A DNA stretch of 64,000 nucleotides, from positions 1,824,001-1,888,000 of the forward strand of contig OZ242351.1 of the NCBI GenBank assembly GCA_965208675.1. The letters run 5' to 3'. Positions 20,191-29,861 of the stretch are shown here, in pieces. The position numbers and the translations under genes were made by a program. A model generated the notes under the pieces. It ran no database searches and was not told the origin of the DNA. It was given only the letters and a program-made list of their open reading frames with translations. Source of the stretch: Candidatus Poribacteria bacterium. Its GTDB lineage: Bacteria; Poribacteria; WGA-4E; PCPOR2b. Each line of letters opens with the position of its first letter. The stretch's first letter is position 1.

Positions 20191-20448
20191 ATGGACCAAT
20201 CAACGCTACAAACAATTGGGATATTCTTATCGCCGAGTCTGCTGTTGTTTATTGCATTAATCATCAACAAACGTATTGATGATTTGAGGGAAGATATAAA
20301 AGGATTTCGATCGGAGATAAACAACAATATAAAAGACCTTCGATCGGAGATGAAAATGGAACACGCCGCACTCTCTAACAAAGTTGATTCACTGAGTCAG
20401 GATTTTACCAAGCACCTAATCGAATTGCATGGAAAACAAGAAAGTTAG
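20191..20448 (+). CDS. Small membrane-anchored coiled-coil protein
   Basis: One N-terminal hydrophobic helix then heptad repeats (IDDLREDIKGFRSEINNNIKDLRSEMK). Confidence 0.65.
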   Translation: MDQSTLQTIGIFLSPSLLLFIALIINKRIDDLREDIKGFRSEINNNIKDLRSEMKMEHAALSNKVDSLSQDFTKHLIELHGKQES

Positions 20449-20871
20449 ATAAGCACTTCCCATACGAACACATCAACGAAATTTTCGTTTTTTCTGCACT
20501 CATTAAATTTTCCCCGTGCCCGATTGCGAAAATTCGCAGACTACCTCACGCCCGCAAATACCAATTCATTTTCTAGCCCTTCGCTACGCATTGAATAATT
20601 TAGGATGGATGACTGCCGCGTCATGTGTAGTCGAACTCTTGATTATATAGCGATCCCCTTTTTCTGGCAAACTCCGTCCCAAAGCGTTTTACTTCAAGAG
20701 CAAATTCCTAGAGTGTGAACGCCCATCGCACACGCACACTAGCGAGGAGCAATATCCCCCAGAACCTGCTGTAAGACCGCCAAATCTCCCGGGCGCCATA
20801 CCTAATACGCCTAGCAAAAACCACGGACTTTCACCAATGTCTTGCACCACGCCCCCAAGGAGGTTGAGGAG

Positions 20872-21162
20872 ATGAATTATAGAGACATTATTACCATCGA
20901 ACCGGGCAAACGCAGCGGGGAACCGTGCATCCGCGGAATGCGCATCACCGTGTATGATGTTCTTGAATATCTTGCAGCTGCAATGACGAACGCGCAAATT
21001 CTCTGCGAATTTCCCGAACTGGCTGAAACAGACATCCGCGCTTGTCTGGCGTATGCCGCTGACCGAGAAAAATCGCAGATGGTTGTTTACACACATGAAA
21101 CTGCTATTCGATCAGAACCTGTCGGCCCAGTTAGCGACTCGGCTGGCGAATCTGTATCCTGA
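20872..21162 (+). CDS. DUF433 family antitoxin (possibly C-terminally extended)
   Basis: ITIEPGKRSGEPCIRGMRITVYDVL...DIRACLAYAA; GAGGAG RBS. Confidence 0.88.
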   Translation: MNYRDIITIEPGKRSGEPCIRGMRITVYDVLEYLAAAMTNAQILCEFPELAETDIRACLAYAADREKSQMVVYTHETAIRSEPVGPVSDSAGESVS

Positions 21163-21250
21163 TTCCACCCACGTTAAAACCGTTGGGTTAACTACGGCCT
21201 CAGATACGGTATTAGCAATGTTGTCGGTACCACGATCGTTTGCGAAGTAA
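21095..21250 (+). pseudogene. Truncated DUF5615 PIN-like toxin
   Basis: MKLLFDQNLS...HVKTVGL..ASD; similarity ends after about 39 codons; typical partner of DUF433. Confidence 0.75.
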
Positions 21251-21422
21251 CCAGAAATTCCTGATTGCGAAGATGTGGATTTCGGCATTAGTATTTCGTT
21301 CTTAATGCTAGATCTCGTGGTAAGTATTCTGAGGTCGTATCATAGACGTGAAATTCATCAGTGATAAGCGTTAATCCATTAGGCGTGATAGTATTTTGAA
21401 ACAATTTATTGAAAGGGGACAT
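21211..21422 (-). mobile_element. Decayed IS1595-family (ISXO2-like) transposase fragment
   Basis: Manual minus-strand translation gives LITDEFHVY and, after a frameshift, EIHIFAIRNFWLLRKRSWYRQH, matching the TDE..Y and HTNTIEGFWSLLKR.WYG.H motifs. Confidence 0.6.
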
Positions 21423-21463
21423 CAAACTTGAATGCTAGTGGAGTGTGGTATTCCGCTGAAACT

Positions 21464-22465
21464 TCAACGAAGTACCGCCTTAAATAGTTGTCCTATGGCA
21501 CGGTAGTGCGATAAATCAACAGTAGAAACTCCTGTTAGATTCGATTGGAAACGGACCCTGCTAACAGCGGAAGGTACATCAGGCCGGACGGAAGGGATGG
21601 CTGATGTTGCATAAAATGCGAGCGACTCATTCCCCAATTTAGGGTCATATCGTGATTCAGATGCTCCGCGCCAATTGCTGCCGAGGGTAAGTGCAATGAT
21701 TGAGTCAACATGCAAGAGTGAATTGAGTTGATTTCCAAGACGATTTTGTATTTTTCCTCTCAAATCAACTATGGATTCTCCAGCTTGTGATTGCTCAACT
21801 AGCATAGAACTTACCAGAGCAATTACGCCTTTTGATGGGTGCAATTGCTCAAGCGAAAAATGGTGACATCTTAGGTCTCCAGAAAAACTCTTAACTTCGA
21901 CTCGCTGATTGTCCATCGCGAAATCGTACCGGTCTTCTATCATTGTGTGCCATGCATCTATAAGAACTGAAGGGCGAGACGAACGCGAGATTAAAAACAG
22001 TTCGGCCCACAGACCACGAACCGACTTACGAGGTGGCTCTGTCATGGCTTGAAATAACTCGATCAATCGGTTCATGGTATGGACCACATTAGAATGGGTA
22101 GGGCGATTGTCGAGTGATGTGATGATGGCGGAGGCGACCCTCAGAAAGTAACTATACAACGTCGTGTCCTCTTTTGTACAATGGACGACCGTGAACTGCT
22201 TTTCTTCAGTTGACCCATTTTGAAGAGAAACTCGACACTTTTGGTCATGAAGGACCGTAAGATGTTCGAGGACAATCGGAGCAGGTTGCTTTTGGCCGGG
22301 ATCATCAACAACCGAGATTAGGAGTATTGGTCTCCCTTGATAATCCTTAGCGAGCCGATGCTGCTCATATTCAGGTATTGGGAGCGCCGAAAATTGATTG
22401 GCGTTGTGGACTGTAGTAGTTGATCCTAGTGATTGAAAAATGTCGGTTAGATTAATCATTGCCAA
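21464..22465 (-). CDS. PD-(D/E)XK motif protein (DUF4420-like nuclease)
   Basis: GLWAELF...W...DF....VEVKS...HHFSLEQL; directly downstream of the Z1 gene. Confidence 0.82.
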   Translation of the reverse strand: MAMINLTDIFQSLGSTTTVHNANQFSALPIPEYEQHRLAKDYQGRPILLISVVDDPGQKQPAPIVLEHLTVLHDQKCRVSLQNGSTEEKQFTVVHCTKEDTTLYSYFLRVASAIITSLDNRPTHSNVVHTMNRLIELFQAMTEPPRKSVRGLWAELFLISRSSRPSVLIDAWHTMIEDRYDFAMDNQRVEVKSFSGDLRCHHFSLEQLHPSKGVIALVSSMLVEQSQAGESIVDLRGKIQNRLGNQLNSLLHVDSIIALTLGSNWRGASESRYDPKLGNESLAFYATSAIPSVRPDVPSAVSRVRFQSNLTGVSTVDLSHYRAIGQLFKAVLR

Positions 22466-22473
22466 CTGTCAAA

Positions 22474-24696
22474 CTAAATTTCACCTTGGTCCTGCACAAG
22501 CCAATCGTGCGATATATATTTCGGAAGCCAGACTGCTATGGCTGGTACATTTACAATAACGTCCCCGTTTTCTCGTATGACTTCAAGATTGTGAATTTGT
22601 ACAGTCGTATAGTTACTCTTGATTCTTCGGTCGCCCGGATAAATTACTGGCCCTGTTTTTGGATTTTTCCCTTGAAAAAGCGTTGGAATCTCGTCCTTTT
22701 CTAAGGTTCTCTTACGTGAAACCCCCTTGCTCATATAGTAAATTGTACACAACTCATTAGGATGAGAATCAAGATAAGCACCAATTTGAAGACGTAAGCC
22801 CGTAAATCTCTGCGAGTCAACAGACCGCCCGACTCTAAACGGCACAAGTAACTGTTCGTAAACACATTTGAGATTACTGTCCGACACATGATGTATCTGC
22901 GATTCCGTGCGATCCGGACTCCCGTTATCTTCTTGAAACGACAGCGTTCCTAAGAAATTATTGACAATACCGCGATTGGCATCAATTGCCTCCATTGACG
23001 TGTGTGGCGCTTTAGGCGTGTACCACTGATTGCCCAAATTACCCCGAATGTAATCCAAGCCGAGCACATTGTCACGGGTCGGTTTAAGCCTTCTATCAAG
23101 GAAAAATGCTCGTCGCCACACATCAAGAGGTTTGCCGGTTGCATCGTGCGCAATTAGACTCTCCCTAACATCCTCCTCATGAATCACGTAGTCGCGATAA
23201 GCCGCTCGAACGCGGTCTTCCAAAAAAACCCGACAATATCCAAGGTAAGGAAGCTTATAACCGAAAAACCTCGCTCGCTGTTGGATCGTATCGGCGTTAC
23301 CTATCCCAGCCCCTCTCGGCATGTATGTGACCGTTATTCCCTCCACAGTAAAACCTCTGTCCATTGCTTGTCCGCCCACCAGAATGTGCGAATATTGTCG
23401 TTCCCATGGAATGCTTGGTGTTCTACCACTCGTTGAGTTCACTTCGTGCAATTCTGTTTTACGAATAGCGTGGAGAAGACGTGATGAGAGTGATTCAAAG
23501 GCTGGGAGCGATGTCACGGTTTGCTGAAGGATTCGATAACTATGCGCAAATTCCTCAAGAAGATCTAAACGATCTGATGAATCTGATTTGGGATCGAGTA
23601 TCTCCTGCCAGTGATTCTTTACTTGCTCAACCCAATAGTAATACTGTTTGTGTCCAATCGTCTTATGTGACGGATGTACCATCATCGATCGATTGCCCTT
23701 ACTGTTATCCAAAATCATCCCCGCGGCAACACCTAAAAAGAAAATCCGCATCGCGTGAAGCAGACTCTCAGGCGGGGCGCTGAGCGGCTGGCTTTTTGTT
23801 GGTATTTCGTTTTCAGGAATTGTGCAAATCAGGCGGTTGGTATCATCTTTAAAAAATACTTTCCCTCCGGTATAATTTGCACCTGGCGTAAGAACCTTTA
23901 CAAACTTCGGAGACAACACATCAATTAAGTTTATGAGCAGTGGCGCTTGCGGCGTTGCTGTGTATTGCAGAAATGTGTGATAGGGCAGGTATTCTTTGAG
24001 AGATAGGATGCGTTGATAAGTGGTACTCGTGTCGCCTTTTTTTACCTTCGTATTGAGACTTGCTTGGTCGGCCTCATCATCTATAATTAACGCCGGCACG
24101 TTTAAAGTTTCGATGTCGGAGAGGATATCAGCCAAGGCTTTCAAATGTTGGTGATGTTTCATGATTGTGATAAGCACCGTTTGACAATCCTGTTTGCGAA
24201 CTGTTGGGTCCTGCCAGTCGTCTAACACGTTCTTAATCCTTATGCAATCACCTTCATCGAATTCAGAACTTTTGAAATGCTGCCACCGGCGATCTGACTT
24301 TGTAAGCAAACTGAGGTCTTCCTCGAGTCTGTTTGTCGATTGGCTTAGCAAATTTAATGATGTGCCTGCAATCACGATGACCATCTGGTATCCATTATCT
24401 CTGGCTAGAGCAGCAACGGTTGTGAATGACATAGTCTTGCCACTCTGTACATATCCCACAGCCAATCCCGTCTCTTGTCTAGCCGATGCGGTAGGGGGAA
24501 CACATTTCGACAACACCGCGACGGCTTCATCTTTTATATTTTCGCACTCTGTCGAATTGATGCCAGATTCCTTAAATTGATTTAGTAACTTAATGGTCAC
24601 ATCACCAACAATGGGTTGCCAAATGCTATCGTTGTTGCACTGCGTAGGTGAAATGATTTCAACGATCTCTTGTAGCAAAGTTTCTTGGCGATTCAC
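22474..24696 (-). CDS. SF2 helicase-like ATPase with Z1 domain
   Basis: GYVQSGKT (Walker A), IIDDEADQAS (Walker B), YTATPQA, SMMVHPS, RGFTVEGITVTY, QRARFFGY. Confidence 0.88.
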   Translation of the reverse strand: MNRQETLLQEIVEIISPTQCNNDSIWQPIVGDVTIKLLNQFKESGINSTECENIKDEAVAVLSKCVPPTASARQETGLAVGYVQSGKTMSFTTVAALARDNGYQMVIVIAGTSLNLLSQSTNRLEEDLSLLTKSDRRWQHFKSSEFDEGDCIRIKNVLDDWQDPTVRKQDCQTVLITIMKHHQHLKALADILSDIETLNVPALIIDDEADQASLNTKVKKGDTSTTYQRILSLKEYLPYHTFLQYTATPQAPLLINLIDVLSPKFVKVLTPGANYTGGKVFFKDDTNRLICTIPENEIPTKSQPLSAPPESLLHAMRIFFLGVAAGMILDNSKGNRSMMVHPSHKTIGHKQYYYWVEQVKNHWQEILDPKSDSSDRLDLLEEFAHSYRILQQTVTSLPAFESLSSRLLHAIRKTELHEVNSTSGRTPSIPWERQYSHILVGGQAMDRGFTVEGITVTYMPRGAGIGNADTIQQRARFFGYKLPYLGYCRVFLEDRVRAAYRDYVIHEEDVRESLIAHDATGKPLDVWRRAFFLDRRLKPTRDNVLGLDYIRGNLGNQWYTPKAPHTSMEAIDANRGIVNNFLGTLSFQEDNGSPDRTESQIHHVSDSNLKCVYEQLLVPFRVGRSVDSQRFTGLRLQIGAYLDSHPNELCTIYYMSKGVSRKRTLEKDEIPTLFQGKNPKTGPVIYPGDRRIKSNYTTVQIHNLEVIRENGDVIVNVPAIAVWLPKYISHDWLVQDQGEI

Positions 24697-24716
24697 AGTA
24701 GTAAGTCCTAAGACAA

Positions 24717-26252
24717 TTAAGGTTTTGATAAAGCGTCTCGAAGAAGTTTGTTTATATTCCGTATGAACGTTTTAGTTTTTCGTACGCCACTATCGCGCGC
24801 CGTGATTTCAGCGAGGGCGATTGCAATTGCCATTCGTTGGAGAGGTTCGATTTGGGATGTGTCGGTACCACCATACCGTAGCATAAATGGATGAGCAAGC
24901 GACATTCGAATTTTGACTCGTCGAAGGTTCCCATCCCACGGGTCGTCACTAACATCCAGCCAATCACCTACTGCCGGATCATTTGACAACTCTATTGAGA
25001 TTTCCCATAATCTGCCGTCGATTTCCACTGGTACGGTTTTATTGGCAACTGATACTTTTGCCTTGGGTAAATTGTGAGGTAGTGGTGTATTCTCCGTTCC
25101 TTCCTCAAGTTGTTTCTCAACAACTGGGGGCACGTCATTCTTTACTGTTTTAGACGTACGATGCGTTGAATTCTCAGCGCCCTTTTTCAAGTCTTGAGTT
25201 TTTGACCTTACACGATATCCTTCTGCTTGACTGAGTAATGCAATAGGTTTTTTTTCAAGTTCTTCCTTCAGGAGTTCTAAGAATGGACCTTCGTTTTCAT
25301 CCCACTGAAATCCATCCTTGGTGTGGCTGACATTGAATCCGTCAAGATGAAGTTCTCCAAAAAGCCGTTGGTAAGTGTAACTATTCGGCGACCCAAAAGG
25401 CCGATAACCCTCATCTGCACTCCCCTGAATCAATCGTTTTCTACGAAACAACGCAAATCCAGCTCTTGACGTACTTGCTTTCTCGCGTAGAGCCGCAAAC
25501 CCGCGTGCGCGTAATCCTGTTCCGAAGTCGAAGTCAATCTCTTTTCTCCACAATCGCGGTGCTTCCGATTGGATTTTGTGGAACGGTGCACGCAATATTT
25601 CCGGATTTGAGTACGACAAACCTTCTCCGCGGAAGTGAAGTTCTAGCAATTCCTCTCTGATGAACACCCGGTAGATACTTGCCAAATGATCCTGGATTTT
25701 GGAGATGGTTCTCCCTTGAGGGGGCCTGTGAAGGTTCGACAGTATAACTTCGGTGAAATGTGTGCTAGGTTCAATCGGCCTCGTTTCAATGATTAATTCC
25801 TCTAAGTTATCTTCTACGATTTTAGCAATGTCAAAGTGAACTGTTCTTTCCACCGATTCACCAAGTGCTGTCGTCCGTACGGCCCAGTTTGGTGAAAACC
25901 AACACGCAGCACTTTTCATTCCCATCCCAAATTCGGATAATCCGCTTGTGTCAGACGGTATGTCCGCGGGACGGAAAGCGCGGGGGTAGTCTGATTCGCG
26001 AATGCCCGCTGCGTTATCACGCACAGTTAAATACCCATCCTCGGCGGGATCTAGTTCAATTTCGACTTTTAGCCGCGTTTTGTCTCCATCCCACCGTTTG
26101 ATTTCCTCCCCGTTATCAAGAAAACTTTGAAGGGAATTATCGACAAATTCTGCAATTGCGAACCAAGGCCTATAGTTGAGGCGACTGAGGACAGATAAGA
26201 TGCCAACGCCGGGACGGATATGAATCTTTTCCCGTTTATTCATGATGCTCAA
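24717..26252 (-). CDS. MORC/MutL-type GHKL ATPase
   Basis: AIAEFVDNS, VRDNAAGI, GLSEFGMGMKSA; TTGA overlap with the methyltransferase stop. Confidence 0.85.
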   Translation of the reverse strand: MSIMNKREKIHIRPGVGILSVLSRLNYRPWFAIAEFVDNSLQSFLDNGEEIKRWDGDKTRLKVEIELDPAEDGYLTVRDNAAGIRESDYPRAFRPADIPSDTSGLSEFGMGMKSAACWFSPNWAVRTTALGESVERTVHFDIAKIVEDNLEELIIETRPIEPSTHFTEVILSNLHRPPQGRTISKIQDHLASIYRVFIREELLELHFRGEGLSYSNPEILRAPFHKIQSEAPRLWRKEIDFDFGTGLRARGFAALREKASTSRAGFALFRRKRLIQGSADEGYRPFGSPNSYTYQRLFGELHLDGFNVSHTKDGFQWDENEGPFLELLKEELEKKPIALLSQAEGYRVRSKTQDLKKGAENSTHRTSKTVKNDVPPVVEKQLEEGTENTPLPHNLPKAKVSVANKTVPVEIDGRLWEISIELSNDPAVGDWLDVSDDPWDGNLRRVKIRMSLAHPFMLRYGGTDTSQIEPLQRMAIAIALAEITARDSGVRKTKTFIRNINKLLRDALSKP

Positions 26253-27661
26253 TCTTGGTATTCACAAGAAGATCTAAATTCGCTCGCTACAACACTCGGA
26301 AGCACAATCGGGGAGAAAGTACCCGATGTTTCTCTCGCCGGCAACTCGACCAAACTTGTCGAGGTCTGGGTTTGCTGAAGGCAATCTTCAGAATGGTAAG
26401 TAAGCGCTTTGACAATTTCTTTAACCAGTTCTACATTCACCGCATTTCCTAAAGCTGTGAATGCGCGGGTTTGGGCTTTAGGTAACACTAAATTTTTGTC
26501 AATGCTCTGCAAACGAGCACATTCTCGTGGTGTCATGTACCGTTTTTGCCAACCGACAATTGGAACTTGCGTGTTTGACATCGCCACGAGTGAAGGCGCA
26601 GTCGTCCGTTTTTTGACCCGGACGCCTGAAGGCCTAAGTTGAATTAAAAGTTTCCATATGTCCCGTTCTTCATCTTGACAGTTCCACTCAAATTTTTGGT
26701 AACTCTGAGGAAAAGTTTTAATCTTTTGCATCCAGCCATCAATCCAACTCTTATGGTCCTGATAAAGTTTGCGGTTCTTTTGTATGAATCGGATTTTCCA
26801 CGTCGGGAATTGCTTCTGTTTCCTTCGCGCATAAGAAGGTAGATTGAGCCACACATTTTCATCGGATAATCCTGTTAGCGGCGTGGCGTGGTTCCCTAGA
26901 CATCCAAGTTCACGCAATTTGTCTGCTCCTAACACATGTGGTGTTGTTTTATCAAAAGGATAGTTTGCCCCAAATTCCATTGACCAGATTGGGAAAGATG
27001 GAAGTGGAGTATTTTCCGGAAACCGCTCAATGAATTCTTGCCAAACATGCAAGCATTCCTGAACAAGATTGGGCAATTTCTGATAGCTGGGTGGATCTGT
27101 GTCAAGTATCTTTCTAATATCCGGCTTTTCAATTTCACGCGGCGGTATAGGGAGACAAGCATCAACAGAGCGACTCCCAACAATGAACATCCGTCGGCGA
27201 ATCTGCGGAATTCCAAATTGATGAGGAGATAAACATGCCTCGTTAATTTGATAACTCGCTCCAAGAAGATCTTTTTTGACTTTTTGCCATGTACGTCCGC
27301 CATCATGCCGTTTGAGATGCGGGACATTTTCCAGAATAAAGTAGTTTGGCTTTTTCGCGCGGAGGATCTTTATAACATAGTCAAACAAGTCGCCCTTATC
27401 TGGACATTCAAATCCTCTCCGATGGCCTGCTTGAGAAAAAGGTTGACACGGGAATCCAGCGCATAGAATATCATGGCTGGGAATGTTTGCACTGTCAATT
27501 TTTTTGATATCGCCGTGTGGTTTGAACCCAAAATTTCGCGCGTAAAGTGCGTTGAGTTGCGGCTCAATTTCACACGCAAAAACGCACTGATGGCCGAGTT
27601 CCCTAAGTGCCAAATGGAAACCCCCAAGACCTGCGAAGAGATCTATGAATTTTAAACCCAT
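26249..27661 (-). CDS. dcm: DNA (cytosine-5)-methyltransferase
   Basis: FIDLFAGLGG, GFPCQPFS, LENV, PQIRRRMFIVG, TPRECARLQ, GNAV. Confidence 0.93.
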   Translation of the reverse strand: MGLKFIDLFAGLGGFHLALRELGHQCVFACEIEPQLNALYARNFGFKPHGDIKKIDSANIPSHDILCAGFPCQPFSQAGHRRGFECPDKGDLFDYVIKILRAKKPNYFILENVPHLKRHDGGRTWQKVKKDLLGASYQINEACLSPHQFGIPQIRRRMFIVGSRSVDACLPIPPREIEKPDIRKILDTDPPSYQKLPNLVQECLHVWQEFIERFPENTPLPSFPIWSMEFGANYPFDKTTPHVLGADKLRELGCLGNHATPLTGLSDENVWLNLPSYARRKQKQFPTWKIRFIQKNRKLYQDHKSWIDGWMQKIKTFPQSYQKFEWNCQDEERDIWKLLIQLRPSGVRVKKRTTAPSLVAMSNTQVPIVGWQKRYMTPRECARLQSIDKNLVLPKAQTRAFTALGNAVNVELVKEIVKALTYHSEDCLQQTQTSTSLVELPARETSGTFSPIVLPSVVASEFRSSCEYQD

Positions 27662-27682
27662 CGTATTTTCAACGTTTGTCCT

Positions 27683-28621
27683 TTAGTTGCGTGGTAATTT
27701 TTCGATTCTAGGCATTGCCCATTTGATGATTCGATCTTTCAATGACGATGATTCCCATTGTTCACGATATCTCGCTGCCGCTAGTAGTCTATGCCGGTCT
27801 AGCAACAATCCTTCTACTAGAACGCAATGGTCCCTAAAATTATCGTCGCTGAGGGCGAACGGAATCGCCAAACCCTTTTGAGGCGGAACCACGAAATCAA
27901 TCAACTTTCGCCACAGACCGATGCTCGGTTGCTGTATCTTCTTGACCCAGTCTCGCCCACTTGCGCACTGCATGAGATATACCGGAAAACCTCCTCGATG
28001 GTCCGAAAACGGACGGTAAAGCAAGAGGTCAAGACCGCCGTCTTTACGTCTTGTATTTGCCCGAGTGCGATTGTCATGTCTGGCGTCTTCGCCAAGCCAG
28101 TCGGCGGTTTGATTCACAATCTCTTGAAATCCCGTTGGATTCACGGGCGACCAACCAGTTCGTCTTACTTGCCAATCTGAAAACTGCTCTCTGAGGGATT
28201 CTTGTGTTACTAACTCGAACAGTTCTCCCTGTTCGTTGCGATCTCTACCAGTTACGCAATCCCACCAGTTTCTATAGCATTGGGATAACGACAGCAATAC
28301 GCAAAAACTGTGAGCGGGCATTGTCTGCCATGAATTAATCCGCTTTACTTCTGGATAGGTAACAGTGAACGGCATTTTAGGTCGAACATATTCAACCCTA
28401 CGCGTGAGTTCGGTCCAAGCGTGAACAAGAATTTCTTCAGCGAAGTCACGTCCATCATAGATATTTTCATTGATTAACACATCAACAACATCCATCACGG
28501 AGAAGTCGTCCTCACTTTCGTCGAACAGGATGCTAGCTTCTATCCAATCGCACAATATTTCAAGTTTGATATTGTGACGATTGACTGACCTGGCCATGCC
28601 ACTATCTGGAAGAGCAAGCAT
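27683..28621 (-). CDS. Restriction endonuclease-like protein (Mrr-type PD-(D/E)XK variant)
   Basis: GELFE...KDGGLDLL...LMQCASG pattern; TAATG coupling to the upstream gene. Confidence 0.55.
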   Translation of the reverse strand: MLALPDSGMARSVNRHNIKLEILCDWIEASILFDESEDDFSVMDVVDVLINENIYDGRDFAEEILVHAWTELTRRVEYVRPKMPFTVTYPEVKRINSWQTMPAHSFCVLLSLSQCYRNWWDCVTGRDRNEQGELFELVTQESLREQFSDWQVRRTGWSPVNPTGFQEIVNQTADWLGEDARHDNRTRANTRRKDGGLDLLLYRPFSDHRGGFPVYLMQCASGRDWVKKIQQPSIGLWRKLIDFVVPPQKGLAIPFALSDDNFRDHCVLVEGLLLDRHRLLAAARYREQWESSSLKDRIIKWAMPRIEKLPRN

Positions 28622-29736
28622 TAGTTTTCCTTCTCACCCTGTTGGATTTCTTTGTGAACGCCAGGGAAGACATCCAGCAACTGGTAAACATCAATTCCCA
28701 ATCTATTTATCGCTTGCTGAATATCTTCAGAATCCTTATGATGATGGACGCGGCTCAGTGCTAATTGCACATTGTTTGCCGCCTCGTTGATGAGTTGCGC
28801 AATTTGGGATTCATCACCACCTGCTAACTGAAACGCGTAGTCAAAGTTCGGTTTCCTGTTTTCTTGGAGATACTGAACAGCCTTAGGGCTCTCAAGAATC
28901 CTCCCGAAATCATCAACCCGTCGCGAATCGGTGAAGATTGGAGGCTTCTCACTTGTGCCAAATAACCACTGCGCAAAGTAGCTGAGCGCTTCCAAGTGAG
29001 TTCTGGGTACCGGTGCCATGGTCACTTTTGGATCTGCAAAAATGTCTATATTAAGATACTGCTGCACGCCATGCGTCCGAAGCGAAAGATACATAACGCT
29101 AAATCTTCCTTCAGTCTTCAGATTCGTGAAGTCCTCTAAGGTGTCCTCCATTTGCAAGATTAACCGGTGAGAAATATAGTGTTGTCGAACAGTTGGGGTC
29201 TTGCTTCCAATTTTTCGCATCACATCTTCATAAGTCATGTTTCCTTCATCAATCAAATTTGCGATGAATTGTGCTTTCTGTGCCGGCTGCCATTGTTTGA
29301 TACCTGTAACATGACGAAACCCCAGAAAAGACTCAATGTCCTGTCGAGAATCAACCTGTAGATACGGAATCTCATTGAAAAGGCTTACGGATACTGTTCG
29401 ATTTTGGACAAGCAACATCCATTTTTTTGATGTCTCTTCTCGATTTACAGCCCGACGAAGCAATATTAGGGCCGCAAGGCGCCGATTTCCTTCGACAACA
29501 ACTAGTCGGTTTTCTCCATATAATTCTTCTTCGGTAACCAATAACGCTTCATGTGTCCAAAAACCGCTTTCCAAATATGACACAGCGAGTTCATCAAGCA
29601 CCCATGTGCGCATTATATCAAGGATTTCGTCTTGCGAGAGAGATGTGCTATCTTGATGTCGGCCAAGTCGCGGGTTCTTTGTATCAAGATAAAGGTCATC
29701 CAACGTGGCGTATTGAAGTCTTTCGCAAATTCCCAT
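28621..29736 (-). CDS. ParB/Srx-like N-terminal domain protein
   Basis: LYLDTKNPRL...VVVEGNRRLAAL...GFRHVTGIKQW followed by an HTH-like segment. Confidence 0.7.
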   Translation of the reverse strand: MGICERLQYATLDDLYLDTKNPRLGRHQDSTSLSQDEILDIMRTWVLDELAVSYLESGFWTHEALLVTEEELYGENRLVVVEGNRRLAALILLRRAVNREETSKKWMLLVQNRTVSVSLFNEIPYLQVDSRQDIESFLGFRHVTGIKQWQPAQKAQFIANLIDEGNMTYEDVMRKIGSKTPTVRQHYISHRLILQMEDTLEDFTNLKTEGRFSVMYLSLRTHGVQQYLNIDIFADPKVTMAPVPRTHLEALSYFAQWLFGTSEKPPIFTDSRRVDDFGRILESPKAVQYLQENRKPNFDYAFQLAGGDESQIAQLINEAANNVQLALSRVHHHKDSEDIQQAINRLGIDVYQLLDVFPGVHKEIQQGEKEN

Positions 29737-29832
29737 GTTTCACCTTCGCTTCTTACAGGTTTCGCATTCTTCGGTTTCACTGAAAAAAGAACACCTCGCG
29801 GCACCTTAAACTGAAAGCATTTGACGTGGAAC

Positions 29833-29861
29833 ATTTTACCATGATAGGCCTTTCTTGTCAA
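29833..29861 (-). promoter_or_regulatory. sigma70-type promoter of the putative defence operon
   Basis: TTGACA-17 nt-TAAAAT with extended TG, overlapping a palindrome at 29855-29875. Confidence 0.65.

Noticed and set aside
20450-20870. Possible ncRNA or gene remnant
   Set aside because: No recognisable structure, motif or reading frame by eye
21464-29736. Prophage, ICE or chromosome-partitioning locus
   Set aside because: No integrase, phage structural, conjugation or parA gene and no att repeats seen; the ParB-like gene is coupled to R-M-type genes
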